Made by a program: the position numbers and the translations under genes. From Catajapyx aquilonaris (Eukaryota), in contig KZ538392.1 of assembly GCA_000934665.2 (NCBI GenBank), forward strand, positions 1 through 64,000: DNA of 64,000 nucleotides, read 5' to 3'. Each line of letters starts with the position of its first letter. The stretch's first letter is position 1. Shown here piece by piece: positions 1 through 12,774 of the stretch. Under the pieces are notes generated by a model. The model had not been told where the DNA came from, searched no databases, and worked only from the letters and a program-made list of their open reading frames with translations.

Positions 1-380
1 GGGGGTGGAGGGACCAACCAGTAACCAGGTAAACGACCAGCCGCATCGGCCTGCCCCTAGACACATGCCGCCCCATGCATGACTCCTCTTTGTAGGGAGA
101 TCGCCTGGCAAGTGGGCCGGCTCATCTTACAATAGTTGCCTAGGGAGCAGGAGATGAGTGTGATGATCATTACTGCGAAGAAGGCAAAATCCCATCAATA
201 TTGATTATTATCAGTCTCATATCCTGCTCCATAAGCAACTATTGTAAGGTGAGCAGGTCCACCTGGCAAGAGATCTCCCTACAAAGAGGTGTCATGTGTG
301 TGGTGGCATGTGCCTAGGGGTAGGCCAATGTATCTGGTCATCTACCTCGTTACCGATGGTCCCTCCCCACTCCTCCCCCC
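1..380. mobile_element. Degenerate fold-back element (MITE-like), left end cut by the window edge
   Basis: 1-~173 is the reverse complement of ~201-372. By manual alignment, left-arm positions 24-163 match 114/140 with no indels (e.g. cttacaatagttgc / gcaactattgtaag). The right end ...ctcccccc is followed by TA at 381-382. Confidence 0.75.
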
Positions 381-518
381 TAAATTATGGACTTGTTTTG
401 GGACAACGAGTATGGTGCAGGGGCAGTGACCTTCTAGTCTCTCAATCAATCAATCTAGTAAGAAACATCCTGTATAGCCACTAGAAGTGGCTGAAACCGA
501 TGAGTACTCTGTCCTTAC

Positions 519-754
519 CCCTGGTGGTGTCTGTCCTTCAATAACTGGCTGACGAAGCAGCCAACCCATCTGTTGAACCTCTGCATCGAGACCCTCAGAA
601 AGTGCCAAGTTGACCTCAGATAGGGCCTGACTGGTCAGCACACTGAGTGTTGAGTGCAGTGTGTTGAACCAAGCACTACACTCCACTGCATCAGCTGCAC
701 GCAACAGGCAGCTATGTACTCCATCCGGGGAGTGGAGTTCCAATGTCCTGTGTT
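519..754 (-). CDS. Syn1: Syntrophin (alpha/beta type, Syn1-like) internal coding exon: C-terminal half of split PH1 and start of PH2
   Basis: Translates (E)HRTLELHSPDGVHSCLLRAADAVECSAWFNTLHSTL...EVQQMGWLLRQ, recognisable as the syntrophin LEIHSPD...LR...AWF...GWL segment. Acceptor is ttgtcttttctttcAG (AG at 756-755); donor is GG|GTAAGG (GT at 518-517). Phase 1 start joins the upstream exon in frame. Confidence 0.92.
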
Positions 755-1508
755 CTGAAAGAAAAGACAACAAGGAATGGTTGTCCCCTCCCATACAACC
801 CCCAATTTGGATGGAACGTCTTAAGGCTGTTGACCTTCCCAAGAAAAAGTTTAGAGAGTGCATTCGTTTGCTCAAAATGGTCCCAAATCTCTGCCATTCA
901 ATATTTGATGACGAGACTAAGGCAGCAGGGCCATTTGGAACCTTTCCGATCCCCAAAGGAAGCGCAAATTACAATTAAACTTCCTTCCCTGCCCGCTGCA
1001 ATAATTAAAATCAATATCCTTGTACGGATTCCCACGGGCCCTTTTGGCCCGGACTTTCCTTCTTGCTTCCACCAAATTAATTGCTTCAACTTTGCCTCGG
1101 AGCCTCCTAAAGAGCAGCTTGGAAAGTCTTCGGCCCCTTCGCTCTATGGATAATTAATTGAAGGCCCCAAACACGTAGTAAGGAGTCATTCAGTTCCAGC
1201 TTATAACAGGCATCTCATTCCTACCCACCACCAAAAACCTGTTGGAACTCGAAACAATCCAGTCATTGTTAAAACACTTCTGTGGTAATTTAGGAGGAAA
1301 TTTGGGCCGCCTTGACCGCGCTGCTATTGACCCTCCATGCACAGACAATCTAAGGAGAGCGGTGGGTAACCCAGTGAAACAGCACCTGCATGACATGTCA
1401 TTCGTCAATCATCTTTACAGCAAGGGAAATCATCAGAAAGCACAATGGTATTCAAGAACATCAAAGGCAGAATCGACTGTACAACATACTTTCGAGATGT
1501 CTGATATA

Positions 1509-1758
1509 TAGGGGGTTCATAACAAGTTTTGCATCTTCACCTCGCTTTGTGTTTGTGGGTTCGCTAGAGACAGCTTTACCAACATGACTGTGGATCACCT
1601 GAAGTGCTAACGTCATCATTTCGCCCTAGCGATTTCTGCAGAAACCAACAGAGCAAGACGCATTCCAGGACTCTCGGGAGAGTCGTCACACTTCAACTGC
1701 GCTGTCTCTTGCATGGGCTGAGAAGCAAGGCTTGTCTAACAACTTTATGAACACCCTG
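1509..1758. mobile_element. Old CAGGGTG-type MITE, TA-flanked
   Basis: Left end ta|tagggggttcataa versus reverse complement of right end ta|cagggtgttcataa (12/14). Internal inverted pair gctagagacagc / gctgtctcttgc (11/12). Confidence 0.55.
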
Positions 1759-3621
1759 TAATGCTGTCTCTATATAAGAAGTGGAGGAAGGCAATGTCAA
1801 GAACAAAATATGCCAGGTGGATAGGTTGGGGATTCTTGGCATTTTGTCTCTGTTGCTATTATCATCCTCTGGATTCCCTCTTCACCTACTCTTTCTTTCT
1901 CTCACGTGTTGAATTGCATTATTTGTCAGCTGGATGACACTGCCGAGAAACTTCCTCTCTCTCCCTCTCCCTGCCTCTCCCTCCCCCTCTCTCCATCCAC
2001 AAATCGCATCTGGGGAAATTAAATTAGGATGCCAACAGGCGGAGGAAACTACTTGACATTTCCTCCTCTTCACCCCCATACCCCATCCCTCTCCCCCCCC
2101 CCCTTCATCCCCGCAGAATTCCGGCAACAGAAACGGTCGCAATTAGGTCGTATTTCTTTTTTTCCTAGAGAAAATGTTGGCCCAAAGACAACGCCTGAAT
2201 GCAAACTTCTTGCTCCGGATATCTTCATACTGATTTTTACAGCCGCACTTTAAAAAATTAAGGTTGAACTGTTCATTTCTATCTTGAGACAGCTAGACAC
2301 CTGGCAAATTAAGCAGGGGGCTGACCTGTCCTCAGCATTATAGCTTCCTTCATTTACTCTACAGGGTGAGCCACCCGTATATAATGAGACAAAATATCCC
2401 TAATTAATTCTGAGAATCCAGTTCACGCAGATAGACCTAATTTATTCTGATATTATCTATAAGCCTCCGTTAAGTTAAATCCGAGAAAGGCTTTCAGCAG
2501 GGTTCTTAAAGTTGGAACATTTCCAGGATTATCCCCGGCTTAAATTCAACAGCTTCCAAGGCTCCCCCNCCCCCCCCCCCCCCATACAATAACAATAAAA
2601 TCGCTTTAGCAACTCATTACTTGTCTAGTCGATTAACGTAGAAATACTTTATTCCAAAATGTGTCAGTAAGATGTGTTGCTAATTTAATGAAATGTTCTC
2701 AGATCACTGCGTTAGTAAGATCCAAAAACAGTGTGTCCCATAATAATGTCCTTTATCTGACATGAGAGTGCCCCCATCCCAACCTAAACAAAACATCCTG
2801 AAAGCACCCCCTCAGAATTCCTGACGAGCAAAGAGGCCAAACTTTTCCTGCACAACATTACGGACGTCTCCATCGGAGTCTTTGACGCAAGTGTCACCCC
2901 AGAAACTCCAGCCGCGAGCACGTCCTGCAACGATTCATTCTGCAGGCAGTAAATCATTCAAACGAGCCTAAAAGAATAAATTCCGTCACGCAGGTGCTTC
3001 CATCCTCGGCATTCTGCCGTTTTCTCCCTTGAAAATGAGCATCGCAAGAGGAGCCTTAGATATAAATCCAGGAGAGTCAAGCAAAGGTGCAGCCGCAGTA
3101 GCAACTGTGGGGGGGGGGGGGGGGNCTCCTCCCATTCTTTTCCTTTCGTAGACGACCAAGTCGACACGAGATGCTCGCATCACTGCCAACATACAACTCG
3201 GGACAAATTATTCTAGCTTATTTTGCGAGTCCAACTGCGTAATCCTTCGGCAAACGGCTTGTACGGAAGATTAGGTTAATCCGACCTGGCCCCAACCCTC
3301 ACCCACACTCTCAAATAAAATCAAAGAAACGAGCCCAGCCAGGGGGGCTGTTCTCCATTGCTGACAAGAGCCATTATGAAAGCAGCGCCCGCTGAGGAAA
3401 TAATCCATTAGAGCTGGATGAGGATCCGGCGGCAATTTTCCCAGTCTTCCTCATTCCGCCCACCCAACAAACTTTCCTTTTCCTCTGACCCCGCCCAAAC
3501 TCCCCACTTATTAACTCTGCTTGGCGTCAATAATGTACCAATTATTGCCAGACCCCAGGAACCGCCAAATGACATCCATTTTGCTAAAAACGGGAGGCCG
3601 ATTCATGTGACGTGCCAGCAA

Positions 3622-3655
3622 TGCCCTCACCAGGAGTTGAACCCGGGACCTCCAG
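3622..3655 (-). repeat. tRNA 3'-half-like fragment (probable degenerate SINE head)
   Basis: Minus strand reads ggaggtc-CCGGG-TTCAACT-CCTGG-tgagggca: a variable loop, a pairing T-arm with B-box, and an acceptor-like 3' half. No A-box, D-arm or 5' acceptor strand is visible. Confidence 0.35.
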
Positions 3656-4833
3656 CTATAACTTTCTTCAACAACCCTCGTCGCAATTATCTACCAAACA
3701 ATGAAAGGGTTTCGGTTGAAGAGTTAAGCTGTTGCTCTTCCGTTGAGCTATGAGAGCGAATTGTGGCAGTCACAATGTTTCAGGGGATTAACATAACAAT
3801 CGAAAGTAATGCGCTGGAAAAGACGGCTGCAAACTCTGGTCTGCTGGATCTAGGATAATTTCATTCAGTTATGATAACCACGTACTAATCACTGTACAGA
3901 CCAAATGTATAAGCATATTGCGGTCTCTTGGTATGTAAGGTCACATTAAAGGTGCCGCTGACTTCAGGCCCGACAGTACGAGCCTGGAAGTACACGCATT
4001 ATTTTAGTTATTATGTGGAGGAAAGGGGAAAGGTTATGAACTGTACAAAACAACACTATGGGCAGTTCCATGATCGGTAGTAAATACAGAACAAGTGATT
4101 AACATCGATCACGCAAATTCGTTAAGAAAGTACACTCTGGCACAATCTTCAGTTCATCTTGCAATTTTCAAAGGTGCAAAACAACATTTCCTTTTCTAGC
4201 TTACAATGCCAAGCGAATGCGGAACATTAATTTTTTCCTTGCCAGATGGCAACAGGCCATAAAAGAAAGGCTCGCAGTTTAGGCAATTTCCTTGGTGCAA
4301 GAGCGCGAAGAAGCTTTCCGTATATTTACCCCATGCAATCATTATTCGTCCTTGTTTCTTTCGAGGCATGTATGCAATAAAATAATAATATCCAGCAATA
4401 AAATGTCTGCTTCTTTCAAGTAGTCTGAAATCAGGGTGGATTTTTTTTTTTTTGGGACAATATCGCGAATATCCCATCTCAAATACCGGTACTGTACCTA
4501 TATCCCACAGTGAATATTATGCCAATATTTGAAAAGCTCCTACATACACGTAACGCCTGACATTAAACCTTAACTCCGGTTCTCTTTTCCTGCAATGTAA
4601 CCTCAGGCAACAACGTCATTGACATCCGCCATTTTGGCCTTAAAATCATTAATTATATATATGCACATCAGGTAGTCTCCAATGCATATATGAATATGGC
4701 CACCATTTTCATAGCAAGCCTGAGCAAACTTCGAGCCAGTCCAGAAAGGACTCAATATTTGTACTCCCGACATGGTCCCGAGTAGTGGCCTTCTGGACCA
4801 AACTTACAAGCGAAAGCCTATTGGTGGAACAGC

Positions 4834-4846
4834 NNNNNNNNNNNNN
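4834..4846. other. Assembly gap (13 N)
   Basis: Run of n characters. Confidence 0.99.
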
Positions 4847-4940
4847 CCCACGTGCTCTCCGGTCGCCATGTTTGTGCTCTGGCGGCAAAAGTTTGGCCTC
4901 TCTTCAAGTTTAGGTTGGGAATGGCGAGAAAGCGACTAAC

Positions 4941-5129
4941 CTGGATCGGGCATCCGGAAGTTCCGGGCCAGGAAGCAGAGCTGTAGGGGTACGTAACGAG
5001 TGTCGGCCCTCAGAGCTCGCTTGGGGCTGGGTGGCTCTTGAGACAGGAAGCCCTTCTGCAGCTCCCAGCCAATCTCACTGATTATGGACGCCTTGCGGAA
5101 GTAGGGCGTCACTTCCCTCAGGTACTTGA
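4941..5129 (-). CDS. Syn1: Syntrophin (alpha/beta type, Syn1-like) internal coding exon: end of PDZ, linker, start of PH1b
   Basis: Translates (V)KYLREVTPYFRKASIISEIGWELQKGFLSQEPPSPKRALRADTRYVPLQLCFLARNFRMPDP, with the syntrophin VKY(M/L)REVTPY motif. Acceptor is gttctatgttccggttgcAG (5131-5130); donor is CAG|GTTAGT. 189 bp, phase 1-1. Confidence 0.93.
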
Positions 5130-8100
5130 CTGCAACCGGAACATAGAACGACGTCACCACTACATTGCGGGTGGTCACAAGGATGGGGAAGCATACACAC
5201 CACAGGTCAAGAAAAAAAAGAGAAAAAAAAGAGGAACATGCAGTTAACTACCACCATGCTAACATTCCGCTAAAAGTTATGTTAAAAATCAGAAGCCTTT
5301 GAAATTGATAATATGCAGCTAGGTGGGAACTCCAGGAGACATTTGTGAGCTTCTCAAAGCGGGGCAGGAGGCGGGGTGGTTCTCTGGATGGAATCCTGGG
5401 AATTCTGCCCATCCATGCCTGGAGTTCATTAGTTGGAGCAGCCAAGCTGCACAGGTCGCCAATTCATCACTACCGACTCCAATGCAACTCAAACCCCCGA
5501 AAAAAACAAAACGACAAGTTCTCCCGGTCACAAATATATCAAAAAAGGGAGGTGCACATGCTGTGTCATCACTCCCTTTTTCATCCCTGCGATTTCGTGT
5601 GTTCCCAACTTGTTTGTATGAAAAATGAGTAGTGTGCCACGTTTCGTCCCTTTTCCACTCCATTCATCATGCAACGGGCTCAGTTTGTGCCTCCGAACAT
5701 TTCAAACTATTGCAGGAAGGCAGGAGAATATATATATAAAAAGGTTGATGAAGTTGAATTGAGCTATACTGTGTGTAGGCGGAGACAACAATTAGCACTT
5801 GCCATTAAAGTGAAAGGGCCTCGTTTCTCATTTTCCAGAAAGGGAGTTTTTCCCCCCCCCCCTCTCCGTAAATTACACTGCTTACGTCTTCCCCTCGCCC
5901 GTTTCTGTAATCTCGGAAAAAAAAAAAGATTGATCAACTCAAGTACTGGTAGAAAAAAAATTGCACAGGTCATGCTTACAGCCGCATCTGGAAAATGCGC
6001 AAAATCAGCCAATGGAACCCTCTGGCTCACCCGAAGCTCTTCCAAGTGTTTAATGGACAAGGGCGATTCGGTCGGCACCTGAGGCTGGCCGCCACACTGT
6101 GGGTATAAATATCTGGCGGAAAATCGCAGTAGCAGGCAAAAGGGGTCTGAAGATGGCAGAGGCGTGTGCTAGCATGGCATGCGATCGATCTGAGATGAAA
6201 AGTGGGAAGCTGAGCACCGGAAGCATCTCGTCCCCCCCNNCCCCCCCCCCCCTCCTCCCCCCACTCCATTCCCCGGCACAAACCATCCGTCCGGATTCAT
6301 ATGCGCCTATTTCATATTCCACGCACTTTCACTTGTCTGGCTGCATTGCCAAGTATTGGTGGGTAGAAAATTGCCATTTCATCCGGATGTGAATACAGTT
6401 TGTTTTTCCGGCAGAGAGATGGCGTGGAGTGTGGGTGCGACGGGAGATCCATCTCCGTGACGTTTCTGTACTAAATCTGCCCAATTTTCTTCAACCTAGC
6501 AAAGTCAGGTTGAATGGAGCTTATAAGGTCCGTCGCAGGAACAGTAATACGATTCTGTCGGATATTTTAATTTGCTTTCATACAACCGGCCATTAGGCTG
6601 AATCAAAATATTGGTCAATTACTCAATGGCTATACTACTGAGTTCAGGTAAATTCTTTACTGATGGTCAATGCCAAAGAGGACCACTAAGTTCGAAAAAA
6701 CACTGACCTACACCGTCATGCTTTCAATATGGCTAATAAAATCACGTCCACCATCATTTAGCGACATTCCCAGCAGAAACCGCACATTGTACTTTCGATC
6801 TAACTCGTAAAAATTTTCCCCACAGCTTATAAAGCAGTCAAAACTTGGCAACTAATTAGTACACCATCGCTCTCAACTCCGAGACTGCTTACAAGGAAGC
6901 TCGTCTAGGCAATTACCAATCTGACAACACCTAAGTACGCCGGATAATGGCGGTAATTGCCTCTTACCGCAAGAGAGGCAGGTTAAAAATTTTAACACCC
7001 ACGTGATTCCAGACGGTGCGAACAGCCTGCCAACCCACACCACCGTGTCTTAAACTCACAGGCGCCCCAACCATGCACAAAAACAAGTCACTCTTTTAAG
7101 AGAACAACACTGTGTGGTATAGTACCAAAGGAAGCAGGTAGGTAGGGTCCTGGCTTTATTCGGCAGGGTGCGGCTTAAGGTGAGCGCCAATCGATGAGCA
7201 AAGCAAACAGCTGGCTTAACTCGTTCCCCTTCACCCCCCAATGTAGCAGTTGGACCAGACCTCTGCATGTCATATTCCTACTTGCACTCTATGTCAACAA
7301 TAACTAATTTTTTTTTTTTGGGGGGGGGAGGGGGGAGGATGTCGATCTGCCTGCAATTGTTAGGTAACGCCACCAGGGAAAGATGAGCAGGATCGATCTG
7401 GTGGCCGCAACCATCCATGGATTTCGTTATAGCTAGCCCGAATAATCATCCTGCCAGACACCACTCCCGGAATTATACTTTCCAAGTGTAAAAGAGGACA
7501 CACCCCAGCCCCCCGCCCCCGTTAAAAAAAGAAAGGGGGAAGAGGAGAGGGAGGGGGGCCCTTAAGAAGCAATTTCTCCTTCCCCCTCTTCCCCCATTAC
7601 AAGTTTGAAATATCGAGTTTGTGCCACTAATGTTCGCAAAATCTCTCGCTGCCTAATGCAAACTCTTTCGCTCTTCAGACAAAATGGTCACCCATTTTCC
7701 GAGCCTATTCATCGCTTTTCCATGCCATATAAAAGACCAGGGCTCCCTCGAATCAATGGCAGCATCAATCTCCCAGCTAATGCTGCTCTTACCGAAAATC
7801 GCTGCTTCAGGAATCATTCTGGCATTCTCGCATTTTTCCGTTCCATTTCTCCGAATGAAACAATATTTTCAAACGTTGTCCTGAGAGAGGGAGGGGGGGG
7901 GGGGCACCTCCCGCCTGCGAAAGCTTGTTTATCCTGAGCCAGCATGGAACCAAAGTATCTCTCTTGTTCGCAGGGAAGGCTAATCCGCAGGAGCACAGAT
8001 CGCTCTCAAGCGTGTATACGAGAGAGACCAGCGCCTAATCGGCAACCCCACTCACTACAGATGGGAACTGATAAGGGCACGAGATGTCGCGATAATAGGA

Positions 8101-8846
8101 GTTTCCATACCTGAATATTATAAGACCATCTAATGAAAATCTTAAAGAGTCCTTTCCCATGCACAAACAACATAACACTCGACCCTTTTTGATTGCCGGT
8201 TAATCAATTGCGGCGTGTTTGAAAAGGGTGGCCGTAAACAAGGGTATACGGTTCCATCGTAAATGATCGCGAGCAAGGCGACTGACCACGTCAGCTGCTA
8301 CTAATTACCCATACATGTTACCTCCCAAAACGAAGCATCATATTTGCACTGTGTAAGTCCATGCCGTTGCGTTTCGGCTCTGCTTTTCCCGGCATCAAAG
8401 AGGAACGCTGGCCACATTTTTAAAAACAGTATTTAAACACCGTGGGTGCTATTGCTTTGGAGGATTTTATCAACAGGCGCATATAAGTAGTGTTCATGTT
8501 TTTAAAAATGAGGTTTTAACGTGTCGTTAAATGCAAAGGGTATGTGGCCAAATCAAACAGCAAGATCGTCAAAAAAAAAATGCGGCAATGCACTCAAGGA
8601 CCATTCAAATACCAGCTGAAAATTAACTGTAAATGGACATGTACTGTTTGTACAAACATGTGGAGTCACAAATATTGACAGAATACTGAGTAGCCGACTG
8701 CAAGATTGCAAGTGCCCACTCGCGATTTCTCTCTCGTGGAAGCGAAATATTTCAACAGGCATTTTTCCTGGTTGCTATATTGACTTATCCATTACGCATT
8801 ACAGGAAATGTTGACGTTCCCGAGTGCCATATTCAGTTTTAATATT

Positions 8847-8993
8847 CCAAAAGTTGAAATAGAGCCCTCACAGGCACACGGGGCGGTGTGTTTATACTAA
8901 ATGGACCGTGTGGCAAAAAGAATGCACCGCCCAAAAGTTTGAAATAGATCGACCTTTCTAGGCACCCATGCCAAAGTGTGTTAATACGCCAAT
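8847..8993. repeat. Degenerate direct duplication, period 84 bp
   Basis: ccaaaagttgaaataga...aggcac...gtgtgtttatac at 8847 and ccaaaagtttgaaataga...aggcac...gtgtgttaatac at 8931. Confidence 0.55.
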
Positions 8994-10804
8994 ACGTTAA
9001 AGTAGAGGCGTGAATACATTTCAAGCTTGTGTATTTTTCAAGCATCATAAATTTGCATACATCGCTTAAATCTAAACGGGGGCTCCCCTATCTTCAATTA
9101 TTCTGCCAACAACTTTCAACAACAGCCCATGCATAAATATTGCACATACGCATATCGTACCACATGATTCGCCCCGCCTGCTCAATCCCAGTCCCTATGG
9201 CATCCGTTTAAATAAATTCGCCAAGAAAATAAAACCACCCAACAAAAATACAGCAGCCCAGCCTCAACCATCCCACAGTGCAGGTCATCCTTCCTGTATT
9301 CATCACATAAAAACAAGCTCCAGTAGAGCTTGAAGGCAACTCTGCCCACCTGTGCCAAGGCTAGGGACCAATAATACTGTTACATTAATTATATTGAGGC
9401 TGCACTGCAATCTAATTTCAGTCTTGCGCACCTCGGGGGGATCTACCCCCCCNTGACCAATCAAGTAGGAGGGCTGGATGCTATAATGCAATCAGCTAAT
9501 TCGTATACCCTTTTTGTAGTGGATAGTACGGTCTGAAAAATTCGCGCTCCATTTGCTGCTCGTATGACCTGAACCAACAGGAGTATATAACGAAGTAGGG
9601 TGACCAAGAGAATCTTCCCCCTCCCCCCCCCCACTTCCCTCCTTCTCTTTCTCCCTCCTCGTGTCGTTATAGACTTTGGCTTCCCCAAGCCATCACGCGA
9701 ACGTCCCAGGAAGACTCGGATGACGTGACTACCATTCCAACACGAGGCCCATGTTCCGAAAAGGACACAAGACCCAGGCTCGTCTGTCTCTATCAAATCC
9801 TCTTCCCCCTCCATTCCCTCCAGCCTCCTTCCCCCAAGCCTCCCAACCAATCCTGCTTGCAACACAGGATCTGTTGCTCTCTTCATCTACTAACACTTTT
9901 TTTTTTCAAAGCGAATCGCTTCTGGAATTTATACTGGTGGACACTGATCAAGACGGACACTGTCCTACGAGGAGACTCCTATAGGAACATCATTATGAAA
10001 CACCCTGTTCCAGAATTGAACCCAGTTCATAGTATTCTTTCTGCATCTCATTCTTCAGCTTCATTATGATGCTGGTGAAAGGCTGACTTTTTTTTGTCCC
10101 TAAAGATGGGGAGTAGATGGTGATTTCCAAAGGTAGGCGTATACACCGGCAGGTTCGCTTCCTGAGGACTAACTTTTCGGATTATATTGTGCATTCTTTT
10201 CATGCAATCCGTCAACTTTAACCCTCTCCCACCAACCCCTTCAGACATTATACGAACGCCTCAGTCGCTTTCTAATATTTAGAACTGGCATTCCTCTCGG
10301 AAAGAATGTCGCCCAATTCGATCGGGGAGAAAGAGACGGGGGAGGAGGAGGAGGAGGAGGAGAATGGGTGGTGAAGGCCACCCTCCCTCCCTCCCCATTC
10401 CGAAAAGGCTAATTCTGCTCTTCTATTGCTGTCGTGAACCCAAAAGGGGTTATTATTTCTGCGAACGACCGAGGAATATAACTTTTCACTTATCTAAGGA
10501 AGTATTTTTCATTTCCCAGTTTCCGCAACATTGCACACTTTCTCGCACAAAGAGGTGGAGTATAGGGGGAGGTTGAGGACGGAAAGGGAGGAAGAGGAGG
10601 GGGGGGGGGTCCTAGGAATGTCGCCTTGAGCGGTTTGCGTGTGTCCGACACTAACCAGAAAGGGCGACAATTGCATCATTCCACACTGCAAGGACAAACG
10701 ACTAAGGAACCGCTTTTCCTGCACAACCTCCAAAATAGCTAGGTTCAGCATATGTTTAGCTTCTCTGCTGTGCCATGAGTAAAATTCGTATTTATGACAT
10801 GCAG

Positions 10805-11018
10805 TGTACTATGGGCCAAACAAAGATTGTCGCGGGTTATCCTGGCTTGGATGCAGCCCATTGCACAGGTGTGCATTGTGTGTGTCCACAAAGACCGCTA
10901 AGGAGGTTCCGATGCTGAGCAAAACAGATAAGGGGCGGGGTCATAAAAGCAACACACATCTGTGCAATGGGTTGCATCCAAGCCAGGATGTGACAATCCT
11001 GGTTTGAGTGATAGTACA
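10805..11018. mobile_element. Fold-back element (MITE-like)
   Basis: atcctggcttggatgcagcccattgcacaggtgtg pairs with cacatctgtgcaatgggttgcatccaagccaggat (33/35). Outer arms tgtactat...gattgtcgc and gtgacaatc...atagtaca also pair. Confidence 0.75.
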
Positions 11019-12751
11019 GGGTGTAACAACTATGAAGATGAAGGTGCAAACCCTTGAAAAGTATATTCCACACTTTCGCCCCCACAATGTACGAATTTGA
11101 ACCTTGGCCAAGACACGTGTGTCAAAAGGACTAACTAGAGGGCTGGTCTTTTGTTGCTGAGCTTTCCGACTGGAATCATCATGAGTCGGTCTAGAGGCCG
11201 GGGAGGTGGGTGGGTGGGAGGGGATCCGGTCGGAATTTTTCATGGGGTCTCGTCCGGCCCCTTCCAACAGACGGCTCCTTGGAGGAAGCTGCTCCATCAA
11301 TAGACATCAAAGCAACATCTGACTTGGGAANCCCCCCCCTCCCCCCGATCAATGCTCTACTCTCATGCTGTCTACTAGGTCCTGCTTGCTGTTACACAAG
11401 CACTCTGGCACCTTTCGTTACGGGTCACACCGCCAGAATAGGTTTTCCTAGCTCGCATGCAGCCGGAAGCGGGTCAAGAGTCACGAACGTGCCGAAACAA
11501 TCCACAAAACGCCGCCACCGACCCACAGATGCACAAGCCAGAACCTTGAATGCGGTGTACTCTCGGGGCATAGGGCGTACCGAGGTTGCCCCCTAATAGT
11601 ATGTGAATATTGACCAACTATAATGCGACGGACATCATAAAAGGTGTTTCTCCTTAGAAAATATTAAAAATGACATTCAAAATAAATTATAAGAGATGCA
11701 GTACATATATCCAAAAAATGTCTCGATATGTGAACCCTATGTGCAGGTCATTTAGGAAGCCCATAATATCTACCTGCACAGAATGAACCACGCCTGGTCA
11801 TCCGGTTAAGTTGGTCTAGACCGCATGAAACAGCAGGGTTCCCTCATGCTCATCAATTATACACGTAGAAGCATGATTGGGGAAAAGGTCTACACCGAAC
11901 CACACCTTCCTATATAGCACCGGGAAAGGAAGAACGGGGGGGAAGGACGCTGAGGAAAAAAAAAATCCATAGGCGGCATACGCTGCCAAGAAACCCCCAA
12001 TCTCTGTTGCCCGAAAGCAACCAACTTTGGAGGGGTTGGCAGCCATTTGGCAGGCGAGTCCGACACACCATGAATACCAGAACACAATGGGGGTCCCGTT
12101 TCCCTGATAGATCATAATGATCCGAGAAGCTGCCAGACTGAACGCTAAGGTAATATAGACCCCCACCCCCCCACCCCCCACCCCGCTTCTCCCACCCCTA
12201 CCTCTCCCTCTCTTCCCCCACCTTCCGAGTTGGCGTTTCGCCCGATGCCCAACCCCAGTTTTATCCGCAGATAGATTCACATTTTGTGCGGAAACTTCTC
12301 TAATCTGGCCACTTGGCTCGCAATTCCTCAACTTGCACAATACAGTGTAGTCTGTGAGAAGTATCACATGAGGCAGTGCACTCACGTGAGGCATTCAGGC
12401 CTTCCCTCTCTCTCTCTCTTTCCGCCCTCACCTTAGAGCGCCTGCTTAAGTGTCCACTTCACCAAGCTTGAATGGAAAGTGGCCATTTGTGTCAACAACT
12501 CTGCCATCAACTTGGTTTATAGCCTTGGCTCACTATGTAAACAGATGCTTCCTCCCTAGGGCTGGGGGTGGGTGCCGGAGGCCCGCTTGCCTGGGTGCTG
12601 AGACTGGCACTGGCAATATAACTAATCAAAATTTTAGGCTATGAATAACCAGGGGACAATACGACCAACTACAGTGCGGATCCTTCTTCAACTCACGGTT
12701 TATAGTTGGCAAACAATCCGAGTAATCTCGACGTTCCGCACCGACTACGAA

Positions 12752-12774
12752 TACTAGCGACGCTCTGACGGCCA
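12752..12774 (+). repeat. 23-bp dispersed motif, copy 1
   Basis: tactagcgacgctctgacggcca, 22/23 identical to 16146-16168. Confidence 0.75.

Larger units (their letters stand above)
755..4940 (-). other. Syntrophin intron (4186 bp, GT-AG, phase 1)
   Basis: Donor CAG|GTTAGT at 4940 and polypyrimidine-AG acceptor at 755. Joining gives ...MPDP-E-HRTLELHSPDG, a continuous syntrophin sequence. Confidence 0.88.

Noticed and set aside
24..163. Hairpin arms as inverted duplicates of a coding exon
   Set aside because: Mismatch positions fall in all three codon phases and no recognisable protein is encoded.
450..956. Whole 168-aa ORF as a single-exon gene
   Set aside because: Only 519-754 is syntrophin-like and it is bounded by splice sites. 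The rest is intronic read-through.
2815..2952. Plus-strand stretch reading EFLTSKEAKLFLHNITDVSIGVFDAS...
   Set aside because: Short, no recognisable homology and no supporting neighbouring exons.
8415..8550. Inverted pair catttttaaaaaca / tgtttttaaaaatg
   Set aside because: AT-rich and largely self-palindromic, with no defined termini or target duplication.
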